A stretch of 64,000 bases of DNA from Mobula hypostoma (taxonomy: Eukaryota): contig NC_086109.1 of assembly GCF_963921235.1 (NCBI RefSeq), forward strand, positions 13,580,001 through 13,644,000, in the 5' to 3' direction. The stretch's first letter is position 1, and each line of letters opens with the position of its first letter. The translations under genes and the position numbers were made by a program. The notes under the pieces were generated by a model. The model had not been told where the DNA came from. It ran no database searches and was given only the letters and a program-made list of their open reading frames with translations. Positions 61,808 through 64,000 of this stretch are shown piece after piece.

Positions 61808-62511
61808 TAAAGTGGCCACTGAGTGTAAATTCTTTCCCTCTGAGCCATCAAGCCCAGGCAACCTCAAGTTCACACACAGGCCAAAACTTATCTCACATTA
61901 CATCTATATCTGATGCATTCATGATTGAAATTAGATAAGGTGTGTTTAAAAGCATGGAGTAGGATGCCAGTATATGAGCCTCACACCCTGTATCAGAGAC
62001 TTCACTGAAACATGGGCCATATCCTGCCACTGAGATTTTCCAGCATTTGACTGTACTTGTCCTGACGCAGGCTCTCAATCTGAAACAGTGAGCGTTCATT
62101 TGCCTCTGCAGATGCAGCCCGGCCCGCTGATTTTCTTTCACAACACACAAAGAGTGTTGGAGGAACTCATCAGGCAGCATCTATGGGGTTTGGGGGGGGA
62201 ACGTAGTGAACAGTCGACGTATCAGGCCGTGTCTCTTCATCAGGGCAGTTCAAGATCTCTTGGGTGCTGCTCAAGAGTTCCGTTCCAGGATCTGCAGAAT
62301 CCCTTGTGTCTCTGAGTACCTTCAGCAATTGTTCCTCCAGATTCCAGTATCTGCAATCTCTTCCGCCTCTATCTTGTTTACACTTAGTCAATCATGAGAT
62401 AGAGAGATACAGCATGGAAACAGGCACTTTGGCACCCCCCCCCCCGATGCCTACTGACCATCATGTACCCATTTATTTAAAGCTGACACTAATCCCACTT
62501 TATTCTCATCA

Positions 62512-62882
62512 CTCAGGTGTCGGGGTGGAGGTACGTCTCTACCAAAGGAGGTGGAAGGGGCTCCTTCCCTCTGCTAGCCCGCAGCTTACCCTTGGGCAAG
62601 TTGTAGCACCTGCTTAGCCCCCCAGTCAGGGTCACATGAAGCCATTGGAGCAGGTGGTGGATGGTCGTAGGAGCAGCTGATGCCTATCACAGGTCCTGGT
62701 TATGTGATCACTGATGCCAGGCGATCTCTGAAGTGTATTGATAACGGTTGGGCTCACCCATTTTGTAATGACACTGCCCAGAAGAAGGCAGTGGCAAAAC
62801 ACTTTTGTAGAAAAATTTGTCAAGAACGATCACGGTCGTGGAAAGACCATGATCTCCTGTGTCTATGACATAACAAACGAAC
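62512..62882 (+). mobile_element. Probable RTE-derived non-autonomous element
   Basis: gaagaaggcagtggcaaaacact resembles the RTE/Bov-A GAAGGCAATGGCAA.CCACT motif; short aacg-like tail. Confidence 0.4.
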
Positions 62883-63636
62883 CATCCTCACCGCACTCTC
62901 ATCAACTTGGCCCAGATATTACCACTCACCAACACACCAGAGGCTATTTACATTGTTAACCTACCAACCCACAAGTTTTTGGAATGTAGGAGGAAATTGG
63001 AGCACCAGACACAGAGGAGTAGAGAGGTCAGCATTGGACCTGGTTCTCAGGCAATGCAAGATAGTGTCTCAACCTAACTAGGTCAATGCTGTCCTTCCCT
63101 TAGTAGTGACTTCCACCAAATGGTATCTGTTTATCACTGGTGAGATCACTCTGTACAGAGAGGGAGAATGTTGCCTTGGTTTTCTGCATTTTGGATGTGG
63201 ACTTGGGCTGTGGACTCATTTTTTCAATCTTATGATTCTTCTGTATTCTGTGTTTCTCGCCCGATCTTTCTCAGTTTTCTTTGTGTGCAGGTGAGTGGGA
63301 TTGGGGGTTGATGAGCCTGTTCTGTTTTTTTCCCGTTTTTTTATGCGGGGAGGAGGGATTTGGGGGATAATGATCGTGTTGCCATTCTTTTCTTTCTTGG
63401 TTTCGTGGCTATCTGGAGAAGAAATAATTTCAGCGTTGTATTCTTTGAAAATAAATGAACCTTTGAACATTTGTTTCCCTTAATGTGCAGCCTCAGACGG
63501 CGTTCCTGATGGTGAATCAGAAACAGAATCAGGTTTAATATCACTGGCATGCGTTGCGAAACGTCAGCTCTTTATTCCTCTTCATAGATGCTGCCTGACT
63601 TGCTGGCCTTCTCCAGCATTTTGTGTGTGTTACACG

Positions 63637-64000
63637 GGATCAGTGATGTTGTGGGGATGGAACTGGACTCTCTGACGGTGGTGTCTGAAAAGAGGATGCT
63701 GTCCAAGTTGCATGCCATCTTGGACAATGTCTCCCATCCACTACATAATGTACTGATTGGGCACAGGAGTACATTCAGCCAGAAACTCATTCCACCGAGA
63801 TGCAACACAGAGCGTCATAGGAAGTCGTTCCTGCCTGTGGCCATCAAACTTTACAACTCCTCCCTTGGAGGGTCAGACACCCTGAGCCAATAGGCTGGTG
63901 CTGGACTTATTTCCTGGCATAATTTATATATTACTATTTAATTATTTATGGTTTATTACTATTTAATTATTTATGGTGCAACTGTAACAAAAACCAATTT
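63637..64000 (+). mobile_element. Rex1/Babar-like 3' fragment running off the window
   Basis: SDVVGMELDSL..SHPLHNVL..RKSFLPVAIKLYNSS; same family as 44507-45210. Confidence 0.85.

Overview
Eukaryotic, transposon-saturated intergenic or intronic DNA. The repeat set (HER1-like CR1 LINEs with (TTCTATG)n tails, HE1/V-SINEs, abundant Penelope pLTRs) points to a cartilaginous fish; this is an inference. No host protein-coding gene could be supported, and nearly all ORFs in the track are TE fragments or antisense noise. Best-supported elements: (1) a full-length L1-clade LINE (38213-44023, minus) with a perfect 17-bp TSD, intact ORF1, and ORF2 broken by a single in-frame TGA; (2) a Penelope-like (GIY-YIG) family whose pLTRs carry minimal type I hammerhead ribozymes, with several 120-220 bp TSD-flanked fold-back derivatives that invert at the ribozyme; (3) two Ty3/Gypsy remnants with tRNA-Leu primer-binding sites; (4) an R4/Dong-type RLE retroelement next to a (TAA)n tract, with motifs that look arthropod-like; (5) a four-copy ~0.6-0.7 kb non-autonomous retroposon; (6) an inverted ~1 kb duplication 48 kb apart; (7) tentatively, a decayed viral fusion (env/F-like) fossil at ~36.2-37.6 kb. 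The rest is Tc1 relics, CR1, Rex1/Babar-like, L2, SINEs and simple repeats. Family names come from motif recognition, not database searches, and boundaries of old repeats are approximate.
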